NCBI GenBank assembly: GCA_048772705.1
Contig: JBLWGC010000180.1
Span: forward strand, 1 to 64,000
Direction: 5' to 3'
DNA: 64,000 nt
Source of the DNA: Leidyana gryllorum EB-2025a
Taxonomy: Eukaryota > Protista > Apicomplexa
The first letter of the stretch is position 1; every line of letters starts with the position of its first letter. Positions 62,592 through 64,000 of this stretch are shown in pieces. The notes under the pieces are model-generated. The model was given only the letters and a program-made list of their open reading frames with translations. It had not been told where the DNA came from and made no database searches. The translations under genes and the position numbers were made by a program.

Positions 62592-63708
62592 CTCCTCGTT
62601 CCACTGACGAATAATATATGAATGATTATGCAATTGACCCGGGTGAACCAAACCACTCACCTGAGCGATCATGGCTCTCCGCTCCTCAGAATCTGTCCTC
62701 TCATGTCTCCTTGGGGGAGGAGGTGGGCCGTCGTCTTCATAAACTCGATCCTCTGACCGTCGTCGGTCATCTCGCCCCCCCCGATCTGCAGACCGCCGGT
62801 ACCCTCCACTGTTACCACTCCACTCACAGTTGTTATCACGGGGACGCTTTCGTACTCGTTCGTAATCATTGCTCCTCCATCGATCTCGCGGGGGTGCGTC
62901 ACGTGTCGACCTATGGGTAGTATCGTCGTACATAAACACCCGATGAGAAGAGAGAGTTCCTTACCGCCCCTCCAACTCCTTGACTCTATTCACGTTGTAG
63001 TTAGGATGCGTTTCGTACATCCGACGCATCAACTTCCGACGCAGTGATCGCGGAATGTGCTTCAGATGCATGAAATTGCAGTAACCACCACCTGAAGAAG
63101 TAGTCTCACATTTGCTGAGTAGTGAGCTTACGCGTGCATTGACCATCAACAAACTGTCGGCAACGAGCTTCCCGAAAGTCAGTCACAGGAGAGAACTCGG
63201 CCTCAATGAGCCGTCCCGAGTAGAATCGGCCGCTCAAGCGCCGTATAGCCACCTCAGCGTCTTCCTCGTTACAATACTTGACATAAGTATTTCCTATCAT
63301 GTGGTCGCCTGAACGGACATTACACCACCGAACGGCGACTGCATTTCTTTTACCTATGTTGTCTACAACCACAGCCTCTTCAATTTCACCGAACTTTGCC
63401 AACTCATCGAATACCTCCTCAAAGAAGGCTTCGAAATGGTCTTGCGCTCCGTCCGCAACTTCATCGTCCACGTCTTGCCCTTCAGCAATTGCCAGCGCCA
63501 CCGGAGGATTTTGATACAAGTGACGCAATATCAGCGTTTGGCCGCTAGTAGGCTTATAGTGAGTTCTTGAGCATTGGTCTCCATGCCGGCAGGCACCAAT
63601 CTTCCAGTAGAAAGGACAATTTACCCTGAACGCAGCATTATAGTACCTCCCTGTTGTTACCTACCTGTCCTCTTCAGTACCGATGATGCGAGCGAAGTGC
63701 TCAGCCAT
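62571..63708 (-). CDS. U2AF1: Splicing factor U2AF small subunit (U2AF35)
   Basis: MAEHFARIIGTEEDR, CPFYWKIGACRHGDQCSR, DHMIGNTYVKY, EFSPVTDFREARCRQ, GGYCNFMH. Confidence 0.96.
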
Positions 63709-63752
63709 TCCCAAAAGGTAAAAAAATCCGCTCACTGCATGCTCCTTGTACA

Positions 63753-64000
63753 ATGACGGTGTTGGATGCTTCCACATATGGAGATGTCATTCGCTCAGCA
63801 GACTCTCTTATAACCCTTATCACGCACCAGAATACGTTCCTGCGGGAAACACAATTAGAGGCCCATCCAATAGCCTTACGTACCGAATTACCGATTGCCA
63901 TTCACGCGACTAATCAGCATGTACCCATCCTGGCTCCTCAGGTGTGAGCTCAGAACTTTCTTGTGACCCTCTGTACTCTGCAGGCCTTCTTGCGACCTCA
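63753..64000 (+). CDS. Hypothetical protein, 5' part only (runs off the window)
   Basis: ATG 44 nt from the divergent U2AF35 start; first exon followed by a gtgtga...tgcag intron. Confidence 0.55.

Noticed and set aside
1-64000. Prokaryotic origin, CRISPR arrays, rRNA, tRNA
   Set aside because: Genes are eukaryotic with spliceosomal introns; I saw no repeat-spacer array, rRNA or tRNA pattern. The short rRNA-matching 11-mer near 48821 is a snoRNA guide.

Overview
Eukaryotic, extremely compact, intron-rich DNA. Introns are GT-AG and mostly about 37-50 nt, intergenic spacers are often 0-50 nt, and some genes overlap. The source is most likely a gregarine-like apicomplexan: the class I HDAC has the Apicomplexa-type 'GEATDCP' insertion, and there are apicomplexan-type hexose transporters and an amylopectin-metabolism gene. 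About 30 protein genes can be assembled by hand, most of them housekeeping: COG3, NudC, ATG5, AFG1, dUTPase, two AP sigma subunits, an ABC1 kinase/beta-lactamase fusion, two hexose transporters, Pumilio, Sec61alpha, a CCCH protein, RTF2, eIF1, GPD, ArgRS, HDAC3, CCT7, RPL32, PHPT1, an alkyl sulfatase, CTL, a TKL kinase and U2AF35. Most notable: (1) an intact, intronless ORF of more than 1070 aa with a Helitron2/Helentron-type HUH Rep domain and a degenerate Pif1-like helicase, which looks like a domesticated rolling-circle transposase; (2) an ABM-ABM-CBM48-GH13 protein whose catalytically degenerate branching-enzyme barrel has a complete GT4 glycosyltransferase inserted into it, next to tandem hexose transporters; (3) ATGA stop/start overlaps, convergent CDS overlaps and a recurring AATTTT pre-ATG motif; (4) rare long introns, one carrying a clear C/D snoRNA and others carrying candidate structured RNAs. 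All homology calls come from motif recognition by eye, not database searches, and exon boundaries were inferred manually.
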